Assembly (NCBI GenBank): GCA_020445665.1
Contig: JAGRGD010000278.1
Span: 12,987 to 76,986, forward strand
Reading direction: 5' to 3'
DNA from: Rhodocyclaceae bacterium
Lineage (GTDB): Bacteria > Pseudomonadota > Gammaproteobacteria > Burkholderiales > Rhodocyclaceae
DNA length: 64,000 nt
The translations under genes and the position numbers were made by a program. Positions 31,452 through 41,094 of this stretch are shown here, piece after piece (within the stretch, counting starts at the first letter, position 1; the number at the start of each line of letters is the position of its first letter). The notes beneath the pieces are model-generated. The model was not told where the DNA came from. It searched no databases and was given only the letters and a program-made list of their open reading frames with translations.

Positions 31452-31495
31452 TCTCGCCGGTCGAAGATCCCGATCCGGTCGGAGGGGTCTGAAGC

Positions 31496-31513
31496 TGTCG
31501 CTATCTGGCGACA
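31496..31513. promoter_or_regulatory. Palindromic enhancer-binding-protein site A (TGTCGC-N6-GCGACA)
   Basis: It has the TGTC-N10-GACA form. Its centre is about 111 nt upstream of the predicted minus-strand start. Confidence 0.6.
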
Positions 31514-31564
31514 CTGCAGAAGGGCCATATTGCCAATCGCCAGCACTGGCGCGGTGGTGACGGG

Positions 31565-31582
31565 TGTCGTGGAAAGACGACA
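31565..31582. promoter_or_regulatory. Palindromic enhancer-binding-protein site B (TGTCGT-N6-ACGACA)
   Basis: This is a second TGTC-N10-GACA palindrome, 69 nt from site A and about 180 nt upstream of the predicted minus-strand start. Confidence 0.5.
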
Positions 31583-31682
31583 GGTGCGCCTGGCCGAGAG
31601 GTTGCATTTACTTACCTCGCACGCTCGTCCGATTCCCTAAACTCGCCGGCATAATTCCGCCCCCCCGCCCACACCGGTCCGG

Positions 31683-33095
31683 ATGCGCAGTCCGTCCTTC
31701 CGCCAATATCTCCTCCTCGCTTTCCTGTTGATCATCGCGGTCCTGACCGCGGCGGCCATGCAGGGCCTGTTTGTGCTCGAGGACTTCGCCAGTCGCAGCC
31801 GCAGTGCCGCGTCGGACGCGCTGCGCCTGTCGCGCGTGGTGCAACTGCTCGGAGAGCGTGCCGTCGACATGACCCGCAGCGCGCGCCAGTACCAGGTCCT
31901 CGGCGAAGCCGCGCTGCTTGAGCGCTTCTCGGAGAGCCGACGCGAGGCCGACGAGGCCATCGTCGGCCTGTCGGGTCTGGCCATGAGCGACCAGGCGGCG
32001 CTTACACAACAGCTTTCCGACTGGCGCATGAGTGCGGAGCGGGTCGAGCACCTCCTGCGGGACACCTCGAATGCCGAGGCATTGGGCGTGGAACTGAACC
32101 GCCTGGCCGCACTGGGCGGATTGGTTTCCGGTGCCGCACGACAGACCATCGAGCGTCACAACCAGTTGCTGTTCGACGCGCTCGACGACAATCGCGCGCG
32201 GCTGACGACCCACGTCTTCGCCGCGGTGTGCATCGGGATCCTGCTGGCCCTGGCGTTCGGGACCTGGCTGGTCCGCTCCCTCGGGCGGCTCGAAAAGGCG
32301 ATCGAGGCGCTCGGCGACGGCTATTCCGACCAGGCGGTGGTGGTCGGCGGGCCCCACGACCTGCGCCAGGTCGGCGACCGCCTCGAGTGGCTGCGGGAGC
32401 GGCTCAACGAGCTGGAAGCCGACCGCTCGCGCGTCCTGCGCCATGTCTCCCACGAACTGAAGACGCCGCTTGCTGCCATGCGCGAGGGCGTCTCGCTGCT
32501 CGATGACCGGATCCTGGGACCTCTGGTGGCACCCCAGCGGGAGGTGGTCGGCATCCTGAAGCACAACTGTGCGACGCTCCAGACCCGGATCGAGGCCCTG
32601 CTGGGGGTCAACGCCGCGGCCTTCGATGCCCGGCGCCTGAGCCTGGCCCGCATCGAGCCGGTGGCCCTGCTGCGTCGCGTGGCGGCGGATCAGGCGCTAC
32701 AGGTCCAGCAGCGTCGCCTCGAGCTGTCGGTCGAGGGTGAGGCCGATCCGATCGAGGCGGACGGCGAGAAGATCTCGCTGGTGCTCGCCAACCTGCTCGC
32801 CAACGCCATCGCCTTCAGTCCCGAGGGCTCGCTGATCCGGCTGATTGCCCGGCGCCAGGGCAAGCGCCTGCTGCTCGACTGTATCGACGAGGGGCCGGGG
32901 ATTGCGCCGGAGGACGCGCAACGGATCTTCGATCCCTTCTACCGCGGCAGCCTGCAGCCCGAAGGGCGTGAGAACGGGACCGGCATCGGGCTGTCCATCG
33001 TGCGGGAATATGCCATGGCGCATGGCGGCAGCGTGGTGCTCGTGCCGGCCGCCCTGGGCTGTCATTTCAGGGTTGAACTGCCATATGAACGTTGA
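31683..33095 (+). CDS. glrK: Sensor histidine kinase, GlrK/QseE type
   Basis: The layout is two TM segments, HAMP, the H-box region VLRHVSHELKTPLAAMREGVSLLDDRILGPL..QREVV.IL and an HATPase domain. It reads like E. coli GlrK as remembered and has the same gene order, kinase-lipoprotein-regulator. Confidence 0.75.
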   Translation: MRSPSFRQYLLLAFLLIIAVLTAAAMQGLFVLEDFASRSRSAASDALRLSRVVQLLGERAVDMTRSARQYQVLGEAALLERFSESRREADEAIVGLSGLAMSDQAALTQQLSDWRMSAERVEHLLRDTSNAEALGVELNRLAALGGLVSGAARQTIERHNQLLFDALDDNRARLTTHVFAAVCIGILLALAFGTWLVRSLGRLEKAIEALGDGYSDQAVVVGGPHDLRQVGDRLEWLRERLNELEADRSRVLRHVSHELKTPLAAMREGVSLLDDRILGPLVAPQREVVGILKHNCATLQTRIEALLGVNAAAFDARRLSLARIEPVALLRRVAADQALQVQQRRLELSVEGEADPIEADGEKISLVLANLLANAIAFSPEGSLIRLIARRQGKRLLLDCIDEGPGIAPEDAQRIFDPFYRGSLQPEGRENGTGIGLSIVREYAMAHGGSVVLVPAALGCHFRVELPYER

Positions 33096-33671
33096 ACGAG
33101 CCGTGGCTCTGGCGACCATCGTCGCCGTCGTGAGCGGCTGCGCGCTCGAGCGCGCAGCCCCGCCACCGGGCGTGGAAGAGCCGGATCCGCCGGTGATCGT
33201 CGAGCAGGCCTCGCCGGTGCTGGCCGCCGACGTGAACCTGCGGGCAATCCTGGCCTTCTATCGCAAGTCGCGGGGCATGTCCCGGGCCGAGCTCATCGCC
33301 GAGCGCAAGGCCCTGGAGGGCAGCGACGGGCGGCCCCTGGACGAATTGCGCCTGGCGATGCTGCTCGGTCAGGAGCGCAGCGACCTGGTGCGCGCCCTGG
33401 GCCTGCTCGACGCCATCGCCCGCTCCGACAATCCACAGGCCCTTGCCCTGCAGCCGCTCGCCCGACTGCTCTCCGACCAGTACGCCGAGCGGCTCAAGCT
33501 CGAGACCCAGTCGGAGCGGCTCGGGGTCAATATCCGCGACGCCGAGAAGCGGGCGGCCGCAGCGACAGCGCAGGCACGTGAACTGCAAGAGAAGATCGAC
33601 GCGCTCGCCGAGATCGAGCGCAACCTGCCCGGGCGGCCTGCGCCTCCCGTGCCGACAGGAGGAACCAACCG

Positions 33672-33675
<4 letters not shown>
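33085..33675 (+). CDS. Lipoprotein encoded between kinase and regulator (positional analogue of QseG/YfhG)
   Basis: MNVERAVALATIVAVVSGC|A carries a lipobox and the C-terminus is a coiled coil. It overlaps the kinase by 11 nt and the regulator by 4 nt. Confidence 0.6.
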
Positions 33676-35069
<1,394 letters not shown>

Positions 35070-35102
35070 ATCTTGCCAAAACAACGGCTTGTGCAGTTCA
35101 TG

Positions 35103-35136
35103 CGGCATCCTGTCGGGGTGACCCGACAGGATGCCG
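35103..35136. promoter_or_regulatory. Perfect 15-bp-arm palindrome containing site C (TGTCGG-N6-CCGACA)
   Basis: CGGCATCCTGTCGGG-gtga-CCCGACAGGATGCCG. The TGTC-N10-GACA core is at 35111..35128, centred about 110 nt upstream of the predicted start of the BON gene. No U-tract follows, so it is a poor terminator. Confidence 0.6.
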
Positions 35137-35168
35137 GTGCGTGATCGGGGCGTGGGGCGATATTGCGT

Positions 35169-35181
35169 TTTCAAGTCGTTG
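35169..35181. promoter_or_regulatory. IHF-like site (one mismatch) between site C and the sigma54 promoter
   Basis: TTTCAAGTCGTTG compared with WATCAANNNNTTR. An AT-rich stretch (GAATAATAAATAGATT) lies next to it. Confidence 0.35.
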
Positions 35182-35203
35182 AATAATAAATAGATTGGCG
35201 GGT

Positions 35204-35219
35204 TGGCACGATGCTCGCA
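35204..35219 (+). promoter_or_regulatory. Sigma54 (-24/-12) promoter of the BON-domain gene
   Basis: TGGCACG-atgc-TCGCA against the consensus TGGCACG-N4-TTGCW. The predicted start is near 35230. Confidence 0.7.
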
Positions 35220-35270
35220 AAGGTCCCGGCTGACGCGGTCGAAACTGACACCGCAACGCAGGAGACACCC

Positions 35271-35603
35271 GTGAAGCAACGCAGTGCCATTGCAGGGATT
35301 CTGGCCACCGCGGCCCTGGCCTTCGCCATATCGCTGAGCGCCAATGCCGAGAACGGCAGCGCCCGGCGGGTTTCGGTCGATACCGCGGTGGACGCGGCCA
35401 TCAACGGCAAGGTCGCGGCGGCTCTGATGTCGGATCCCGGCCTGCTCGGTGCGCGTATCGATGTAGACACTCACGATGGGATCGTCCGGCTTGCGGGAAC
35501 CGTGGTCGGTGCCGCCGACCTGCGCCGGGCGCTTGATATCGCATCGCAGGTCGAAGGTGTACGGCGGGTGGACAACCTGCTGGAGGTTACGCGCCGACCC
35601 TAG
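35271..35603 (+). CDS. Secreted BON domain protein (OsmY-like, single BON)
   Basis: A GTG start at 35271 sits 6 nt after AGGAGA. The signal peptide is VKQRSAIAGILATAALAFAISLSANA. The BON core is GKVAAALMSDPGLLGARIDVDTHDGIVRLAGTV...VEGVRRVDNLLEV. The track ATG at 35211 lies inside the -12 element, so I reject it. Confidence 0.8.
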   Translation: MKQRSAIAGILATAALAFAISLSANAENGSARRVSVDTAVDAAINGKVAAALMSDPGLLGARIDVDTHDGIVRLAGTVVGAADLRRALDIASQVEGVRRVDNLLEVTRRP

Positions 35604-35616
35604 AAACCTCTTGGCG

Positions 35617-35650
35617 GCTGCGCTGCTGGACGCAGCGCAGCTCCTTTTTT
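35617..35650 (+). terminator. Intrinsic terminator after the BON gene
   Basis: GCTGCGCTGC-tggac-GCAGCGCAGC is followed by TCCTTTTTT. Confidence 0.8.
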
Positions 35651-35694
35651 CCGGTTGTGAGGTGCCGGGTCCGTCGAGCATCGGATCCGTTGAA

Positions 35695-35731
35695 GGGAAT
35701 GAACGACCCAGTCGTTCATTCCCCTTTTTTT
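35695..35731 (+). terminator. Second hairpin plus T7 tract, overlapping the stop codon of the convergent ABC gene
   Basis: GGGAATGAACGAC-cca-GTCGTTCATTCCC is followed by CTTTTTTT. The T-run is the antisense of the Lys-Lys codons at the end of the ABC gene. Confidence 0.6.
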
Positions 35732-37509
35732 GTGACGCCGAACTGCAGCCCGGCAAGGTGGGCGTAGAGCCCCCCGTGCGCGAGCAGCGTCTCGTGGTCT
35801 CCCGACTCGACGATCCGGCCCTGGTCGAACACCAGGATCCTGTCGGCCCGCCGGACGGTGGCCAGGCGGTGGGCAATGACAAGGGTCGTGCGCGTGCGCA
35901 TGAGGCCATCGAGCGCCGCCTGCACGAGCCGCTCGCTGTCCGCGTCGAGGGACGAGGTGGCCTCGTCGAGGAGCAGGATGGGTCGGTCGGCCAGTATCGC
36001 CCGGGCGATCGCGATGCGCTGGCGCTGGCCGCCGGAAAGGCGCACGCCTCGCTCGCCGAGCTCGGTGTCCAGCCGGTCGGGCAGCCGGTCGATGAACGCC
36101 GTCGCATGAGCGGCGTGGCAGGCGGCCTCGACCTCCTCGTCGCGCGCCTCCGGGCGGCCATAGCGGACGTTCTCCCGCACGCTGGTGGCGAACACCACCG
36201 GGTCCTGGGAGACGAGGGCCATGCGGGCGCGGACCCGGGCCGGATCCGCCCGCGCGATATCGACGCCATCGATCTGAACGCTACCGGATGCCGGGTCGTA
36301 GAAGCGCATCAGGAGTTGATAGACGGTGCTCTTGCCGGCGCCCGACGGCCCCACCAGGGCGACTGTCTCGCCCGGCGCGATCGCGAAATCGACCAGGTCG
36401 AGTGCCGGGTTGTCCTCGCGGCCGGGATAACGGAAGACCACCTGCCGGAAAGTGATCTCGCCGCGGCCCGGCTCAGGCAGTGGCAGCGGGTCTGTCGGAG
36501 GCCGGATGGCGGCGGGCGTGTCGAGCAGTTCGAGCAACCGCTCGGCGGCGCCGAGGGCGCGCTGCAGGTCACCCCAGACCTCGGACAGCGCGCCAACGGA
36601 GCCGGCGAGCAGCGCAGCGTAGAAAATGAAGGCCGACAGCTCGCCTGGCGACAGCTGGCCGGCGAGGACATCATGGCCGCCGAGCCATAGGATGGTCGTG
36701 ACGCCACCGAATACCAGGAGCAGGACCGCCGCGACCAGCCGGGCGCGCATCCGGATGCGCGCACGCGCGGTGTCGAAGCCGGCCTCGACCCGCTCGGCGA
36801 AGGCAGCCCGGTCGAGGGCCTCGTGACCGTAGGCCTGGACCAGCCGGATCTCGTGGATGCTCTCGTCGATGCGATTGCCGAGTTCGGCGACGTGGGCCTG
36901 GCTCAGGCGTGACAGACGCCTGACGCGTCGACCGAAGAGCAGGATCGGCAGCACCACCAGTGGCACCCCCGCCAGCGTCAGCAAGGCGAGCTTTAGGCTG
37001 GTCGTGAGCAGCATGACCAGCGAACCGGCCAGCAGCAGAACATTGCGCAGGGCCATCGACAGGCTCGATCCGACCACGCTCTCGATCAACGCCGTGTCGC
37101 CGGTCAGCCGCGAGATCACGTCGCCGGTGCGGCCCGCCTCGAACCAGGCCGGCGGCAGGCGGAGCAGGTGATCGAAGACCCTGCGGCGCAGGTCCGCCGT
37201 GATCCGCTCGCCGAGCCATGAAACGTTGTAGAAGCGCACGTAGGTGGCGATTGCCAGCACCGTGATGGTCGCAAGCATGAACAGCAGCGTCCGGTCGAGC
37301 CAGGCCGGATCCCCGTCGGCAATGCCCTGGTCGATGACACTGCGCAGGCCTTGTCCCACCGCGAGCATGGCCCCCGCTGCGACGAGCAGGGCTGTTGCCG
37401 CGAGCGCGATTCGTCCCCGGTGGGGGGCAAGGAGGGTGCAGAGCAGGCGCAGCGCGCGGCGGGCGGGGGGCAGGGGCGTCACGATCCCAGTATGCCGCAG
37501 GGAGCCCAC
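35716..37509 (-). CDS. ABC transporter, fused permease/ATP-binding protein (MsbA/ATM1-like exporter)
   Basis: A six-helix TMD is followed by an NBD with GPSGAGKST, LSGGQRQRIAIARA and LLLDEATSSLD. Confidence 0.9.
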   Translation of the reverse strand: MGSLRHTGIVTPLPPARRALRLLCTLLAPHRGRIALAATALLVAAGAMLAVGQGLRSVIDQGIADGDPAWLDRTLLFMLATITVLAIATYVRFYNVSWLGERITADLRRRVFDHLLRLPPAWFEAGRTGDVISRLTGDTALIESVVGSSLSMALRNVLLLAGSLVMLLTTSLKLALLTLAGVPLVVLPILLFGRRVRRLSRLSQAHVAELGNRIDESIHEIRLVQAYGHEALDRAAFAERVEAGFDTARARIRMRARLVAAVLLLVFGGVTTILWLGGHDVLAGQLSPGELSAFIFYAALLAGSVGALSEVWGDLQRALGAAERLLELLDTPAAIRPPTDPLPLPEPGRGEITFRQVVFRYPGREDNPALDLVDFAIAPGETVALVGPSGAGKSTVYQLLMRFYDPASGSVQIDGVDIARADPARVRARMALVSQDPVVFATSVRENVRYGRPEARDEEVEAACHAAHATAFIDRLPDRLDTELGERGVRLSGGQRQRIAIARAILADRPILLLDEATSSLDADSERLVQAALDGLMRTRTTLVIAHRLATVRRADRILVFDQGRIVESGDHETLLAHGGLYAHLAGLQFGVTKKGE

Positions 37510-37561
37510 CCTTGGCCGCTATACTCTGGGTTCATCACCTTGTCATCGCCTCGCGTCTGCC

Positions 37562-38641
37562 ATGCCTTCCGCCGCCACTGCCGTTGCCCGTCCTGCTCTG
37601 TGCCGTTTCCCTCTGGTCCTCGTGGTCTGCGCGGCGTTGGCCAGCACGGCCGCGCGGGCTGCCGATCCGCTACCCGCGCTCGGGGTCGACCCCAATCAGG
37701 TGGGCGTGTCCGGCATCTCATCGGGCGGCTACATGGCGGTGCAGTACCACTTCGCGCACGGTGACAGCGTGGTCGGTGCCGGCGTCCTCGCCGGCGGCCC
37801 CTACGAGTGCGCCTCGGGCTCGACCTGGCTGGCCCTGACCCGTTGCATGGCGCCGCGCTTCTGGAGTCCGCTGCCCGAACCTGCCGCAATGCGCGAACGG
37901 GTCGAGCGGCGGCGTGCGGAGGGGCGCATCGACGGTGTCGCTGCCCTGAGCGGTGACCGGGTGTGGCTGTTTTCGGGCGGCCGGGACGAGACCGTCGAGG
38001 GGCCCGTCATGGATGCCCTGGCCACCCTTTACGCCGGCTACCTGCCGGAGGCGGATGTGGTGCGGGAAAATTTGGCTGACGCTGGGCACGCGATGATCTC
38101 GGTCGAGGAGCCGGCGCCCAATGCCTGTGACACTTCCGAGCCTCCCTACATCAACCGTTGCGGCGATTTCGACGCCGCAGGCCGTCTTCTGGCGGTGATC
38201 CACGGCCCGCTGGCCGATCCCGTCGAGCCACCGCCCGATGCGGTCCGGGCCTTCGACCAGCGCCCGTTTCTCGGCGACGACCCGGCGGCCAGCGGTATGG
38301 CCGATGCGGGCTACGTGCTGGTACCGCCCGCCTGCGAGGCGGGGGGCTGCCGCGTCCACGTGGCCTTCCATGGTTGCCGTCAGACCAGCGCGCAGATCGG
38401 CGACCGCTTTGTCCAGAACGCTGGATACATCGAGTGGGGCTGGAGCAACGACCTGGTGATCCTGTTTCCACAGGTCAGGCCGACTCACGGCTGGACAGGC
38501 GGCTTCTCGTGGCTGTTCAACCCGCGGGGCTGCTGGGACTGGTGGGGCTATACCGACACCTTGTACGCGACACGTGAGGGGCGGCAGGTGCGCGCGGTGC
38601 GTCGGATGATCGACCGCCTGGCGGAAAGCCCGCCGGGCTGA
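37562..38641 (+). CDS. Secreted esterase, PHB/PHA depolymerase family
   Basis: There is a signal peptide ending AARA|ADP. The nucleophile elbow is GISSGGYMA, and the motifs VAFHGCRQT and NPRGCWDWWGY match that family. Confidence 0.65.
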   Translation: MPSAATAVARPALCRFPLVLVVCAALASTAARAADPLPALGVDPNQVGVSGISSGGYMAVQYHFAHGDSVVGAGVLAGGPYECASGSTWLALTRCMAPRFWSPLPEPAAMRERVERRRAEGRIDGVAALSGDRVWLFSGGRDETVEGPVMDALATLYAGYLPEADVVRENLADAGHAMISVEEPAPNACDTSEPPYINRCGDFDAAGRLLAVIHGPLADPVEPPPDAVRAFDQRPFLGDDPAASGMADAGYVLVPPACEAGGCRVHVAFHGCRQTSAQIGDRFVQNAGYIEWGWSNDLVILFPQVRPTHGWTGGFSWLFNPRGCWDWWGYTDTLYATREGRQVRAVRRMIDRLAESPPG

Positions 38642-38714
38642 TGCACCGCGGGGCACCGGATCGCGGTGCCGTGGCATCATCGCAGGTGCAGCACCACCCA
38701 GCAGAGCCAACCCC

Positions 38715-39722
38715 GTGTCCGATCCTGTCTTCGACCCTCACGCCATCCTCGAGATCGAGGCTGGCGCCGACGCCGCGACCATCCGGCGCGCTTTCCGCCG
38801 CCTCGCCATGCGCTGGCATCCGGACCGCAATGCCGACCCGGGCGCCACCGAGACCTTCAAACGGATCCGGGCCGCCTTCGAGTGGCTCACCAGCGATGCG
38901 CCGGCAGATGACGTCGAGGCGTCGCCAAGCGACCCTGCGGGGCCCTCCGGCATGGATCGACACGAGACCCTCGAGGTCACCCTGGCCGAACTGATCATGG
39001 GCTGCGACAAACCCTTTGTCGTGCGGCGCCTGTCCGAATGTGAGGCTTGCGAGGGGGCGGGTTCGGTGCGGATGCGGCACACCCGGATGTGCGACATCTG
39101 CCATGGCAGCGGCAAGGTTCGAACCCCGGCCGGCCTCGAGCGCTGCCATCTGTGCGCCGGCCGCGGTTTTGTCCAGCATGCCAGCTGCGAGCACTGCGGC
39201 GGCAGTGGCGAGGCGCTGTCGGAGCGAACAGTCACCGTTCACGTCGAGGCTGGTCTGCTGCCGGGCGAGGTCCTGCGCCTGAAGGGGCTGGGGGAGCCGG
39301 GCGGCGAAGGCGGCCTGCCGGGCACCTTGTTCCTGACCCTCGCGCTCGCGGACGATCCGCTGTTTTCGCTGGAGGGGCGCGACATTCATGTCCGTCAGCC
39401 GATCAGTGCGCTGCGCCTGCTGGCAGGTGGGCGGGTGTCACTCGCGGGCCCACTCGGCCCGGTGGTGATGGACCTGCCCCCGGGTGATGGTCTGGGCCCC
39501 GGCACCCTGCGCCTGTCCGGGCAGGGCTTTCCGGGGCGCGGCGGAACGATCGATGGCGCGGGGGATCTGGTGGTGCATCTGGAGCCGCTCCTGCCGTCCG
39601 CGCTGTCAGCGTCCGACCGGGAGGCCCTCCAGGGCCTCGAGGCGCGGCTCGATGGCGCTCGCGACCGCCACTACCCCGGCCTCGACAGCTGGTGGCGCAC
39701 CTATCTGGCCTCACGCCCCTGA
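38715..39722 (+). CDS. J-domain protein with a DnaJ-type zinc-finger region
   Basis: The J domain is DPHAILEIEAGADAATIRRAFRRLAMRWHPDRN. Four CXXCXGXG repeats follow (CEACEGAG, CDICHGSG, CHLCAGRG, CEHCGGSG). There is no Gly/Phe-rich region. Confidence 0.8.
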   Translation: MSDPVFDPHAILEIEAGADAATIRRAFRRLAMRWHPDRNADPGATETFKRIRAAFEWLTSDAPADDVEASPSDPAGPSGMDRHETLEVTLAELIMGCDKPFVVRRLSECEACEGAGSVRMRHTRMCDICHGSGKVRTPAGLERCHLCAGRGFVQHASCEHCGGSGEALSERTVTVHVEAGLLPGEVLRLKGLGEPGGEGGLPGTLFLTLALADDPLFSLEGRDIHVRQPISALRLLAGGRVSLAGPLGPVVMDLPPGDGLGPGTLRLSGQGFPGRGGTIDGAGDLVVHLEPLLPSALSASDREALQGLEARLDGARDRHYPGLDSWWRTYLASRP

Positions 39723-39744
39723 GGGCGACGCGGAGACCGCTGCG

Positions 39745-40152
39745 TCAGTCCCGCGTGCCGAAATCGTGGATCTGGCGCCGGGCTTTCTTGGTGGGCCGCC
39801 CCCGGAGGTCGCTGCCCGGTGCCGGTGCGAGCCGGCGAACCTCCCGCTCCCTGGCCCGCCGGGCCTGGCTCTCGGGGCTCTCGGCGTAGAGCTGACGGGC
39901 TTCTTCGGCCGGGCGGCGGTAGGGGTTGATGGCGACCACCGCGACCGACCAGCGGGTCTCGCTCACCGTGATCTCGAGCTGGTCGCCGGGCTTGACGTCC
40001 CGCGAGGGCTTCACCGCGGCGCCGTTGAGGTGCACATGGCCGGCCTCGATGGCCTTCGCGGCGAGGGAGCGGGTCTTGAAAAAGCGCGCCGCCCACAGCC
40101 ACTTGTCGAGGCGCAGGCGGGCATCGGGATGGGTCGTGAAGTGCGTATCCAA
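39745..40152 (-). CDS. hslR: Ribosome-associated heat shock protein Hsp15 (S4 domain)
   Basis: RLDKWLWAARFFKTRSLAAKAIEAGHVHLNGAAVKPSRDVKPGDQLEI is followed by a basic tail. Confidence 0.9.
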   Translation of the reverse strand: MDTHFTTHPDARLRLDKWLWAARFFKTRSLAAKAIEAGHVHLNGAAVKPSRDVKPGDQLEITVSETRWSVAVVAINPYRRPAEEARQLYAESPESQARRAREREVRRLAPAPGSDLRGRPTKKARRQIHDFGTRD

Positions 40153-40222
40153 AGGGGGTGTCGCGGGGGGTGGCAGGCCCCCGATTCTCTGCCCCGGGGG
40201 CGGCCTCGCGCAAGCCGGCCTG

Positions 40223-40999
40223 CTAGCGCTCGACGAAGGCGCGCTCGATCACGTAGTCGCCCGGCGTACCGATGCGCGGCGAGATCTCGAAGCCGCGCTC
40301 GTCCAGTAGCTCGCAGCATTCCTCGAGCATTGCCGGGCTGCCGCAGATCATCGCGCGATCGACCTCGGGGTCGAGGTCGGGCAGGCCGATGTCGGCGAAC
40401 AGCTTGCCGCTGCGGATCAGGTCGGTGAGTCGGCCCCGGTTGCGGAACGGCTCGCGGGTGACGGTGGGGTAATAGACGAGCTTGGCCGAGACGTCCTCGC
40501 CGAAATACTCGTTGGCGGGCAGGTCGCGGGTCAGCGTCTCGGCGTAGGCGAGCTCGGAGACCTGGCGCACGCCATGGATCAGCACCACCTTGTCGAAGCG
40601 CTCGTAGAGCGCCGGATCGTGCACGATGCTCATGAACGGGGCGAGGCCGGTGCCGGTGGACAGCAGGTAGAGGTTGCGGCCGGGTCGCACATCGTGGAGG
40701 ACCAGGGTGCCGGTGGGCTTCTTGCTGACGATGATCTCGTCACCTTCGCGCAGGTGCTGGAGGCGCGAGGTGAGGGGACCGTCAGGGACCTTGATGCTGA
40801 AGAACTCGAGGTGCTCCTCGTAGTTGGCGCTGGCGATCGAATAGGCGCGGGTCAGCGGGCGGCCCTCGACCTCGAGCCCGATCATGACGAACTGGCCATT
40901 CTCGAAGCGCAGCCCGGGGTCGCGGGTGGTGCGGAAGCTGAACAGGTCCTCGTTCCAGTGGTGCACTGTCAGGACGCGCTCGGTGGTCAGGCTGCTCAT
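40223..40999 (-). CDS. fpr: Ferredoxin-NADP+ reductase
   Basis: VLTVHHWNEDLFSFRTTRDPGLRFENGQFVMIGL...RAYSIAS...LLSTGTGLAPF...MICGSPAM..E are Fpr hallmarks. Confidence 0.9.
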   Translation of the reverse strand: MSSLTTERVLTVHHWNEDLFSFRTTRDPGLRFENGQFVMIGLEVEGRPLTRAYSIASANYEEHLEFFSIKVPDGPLTSRLQHLREGDEIIVSKKPTGTLVLHDVRPGRNLYLLSTGTGLAPFMSIVHDPALYERFDKVVLIHGVRQVSELAYAETLTRDLPANEYFGEDVSAKLVYYPTVTREPFRNRGRLTDLIRSGKLFADIGLPDLDPEVDRAMICGSPAMLEECCELLDERGFEISPRIGTPGDYVIERAFVER

Positions 41000-41094
41000 G
41001 GGTCTCGGTCCGGGTGGTCTTCAGAATGAGACCGATTGTAGAGCTCGCTCCTTTAGCTGAAAATCAGGTAATTCTGAAAAGTGTTATCGATTGA

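Noticed and set aside
31591-31606. Sigma54-like element TGGCCGagaggTTGCA on the plus strand upstream of glrK
   Set aside because: The GG/GC spacing is correct and the -12 half is perfect. However, the -24 half has three mismatches (TGGCCGA against TGGCACG). The nearest palindrome (31565..31582) ends only 9 nt upstream, too close for enhancer-type activation. I keep it only as a weak possibility of autoregulation.
35103-35136. Interpreting the palindrome after glrR as a plain rho-independent terminator
   Set aside because: No U-tract follows the stem. Its core matches the TGTCG-N8-CGACA palindromes in the other sigma54 promoter region at the same distance from a -24/-12 element. A dual role cannot be excluded.
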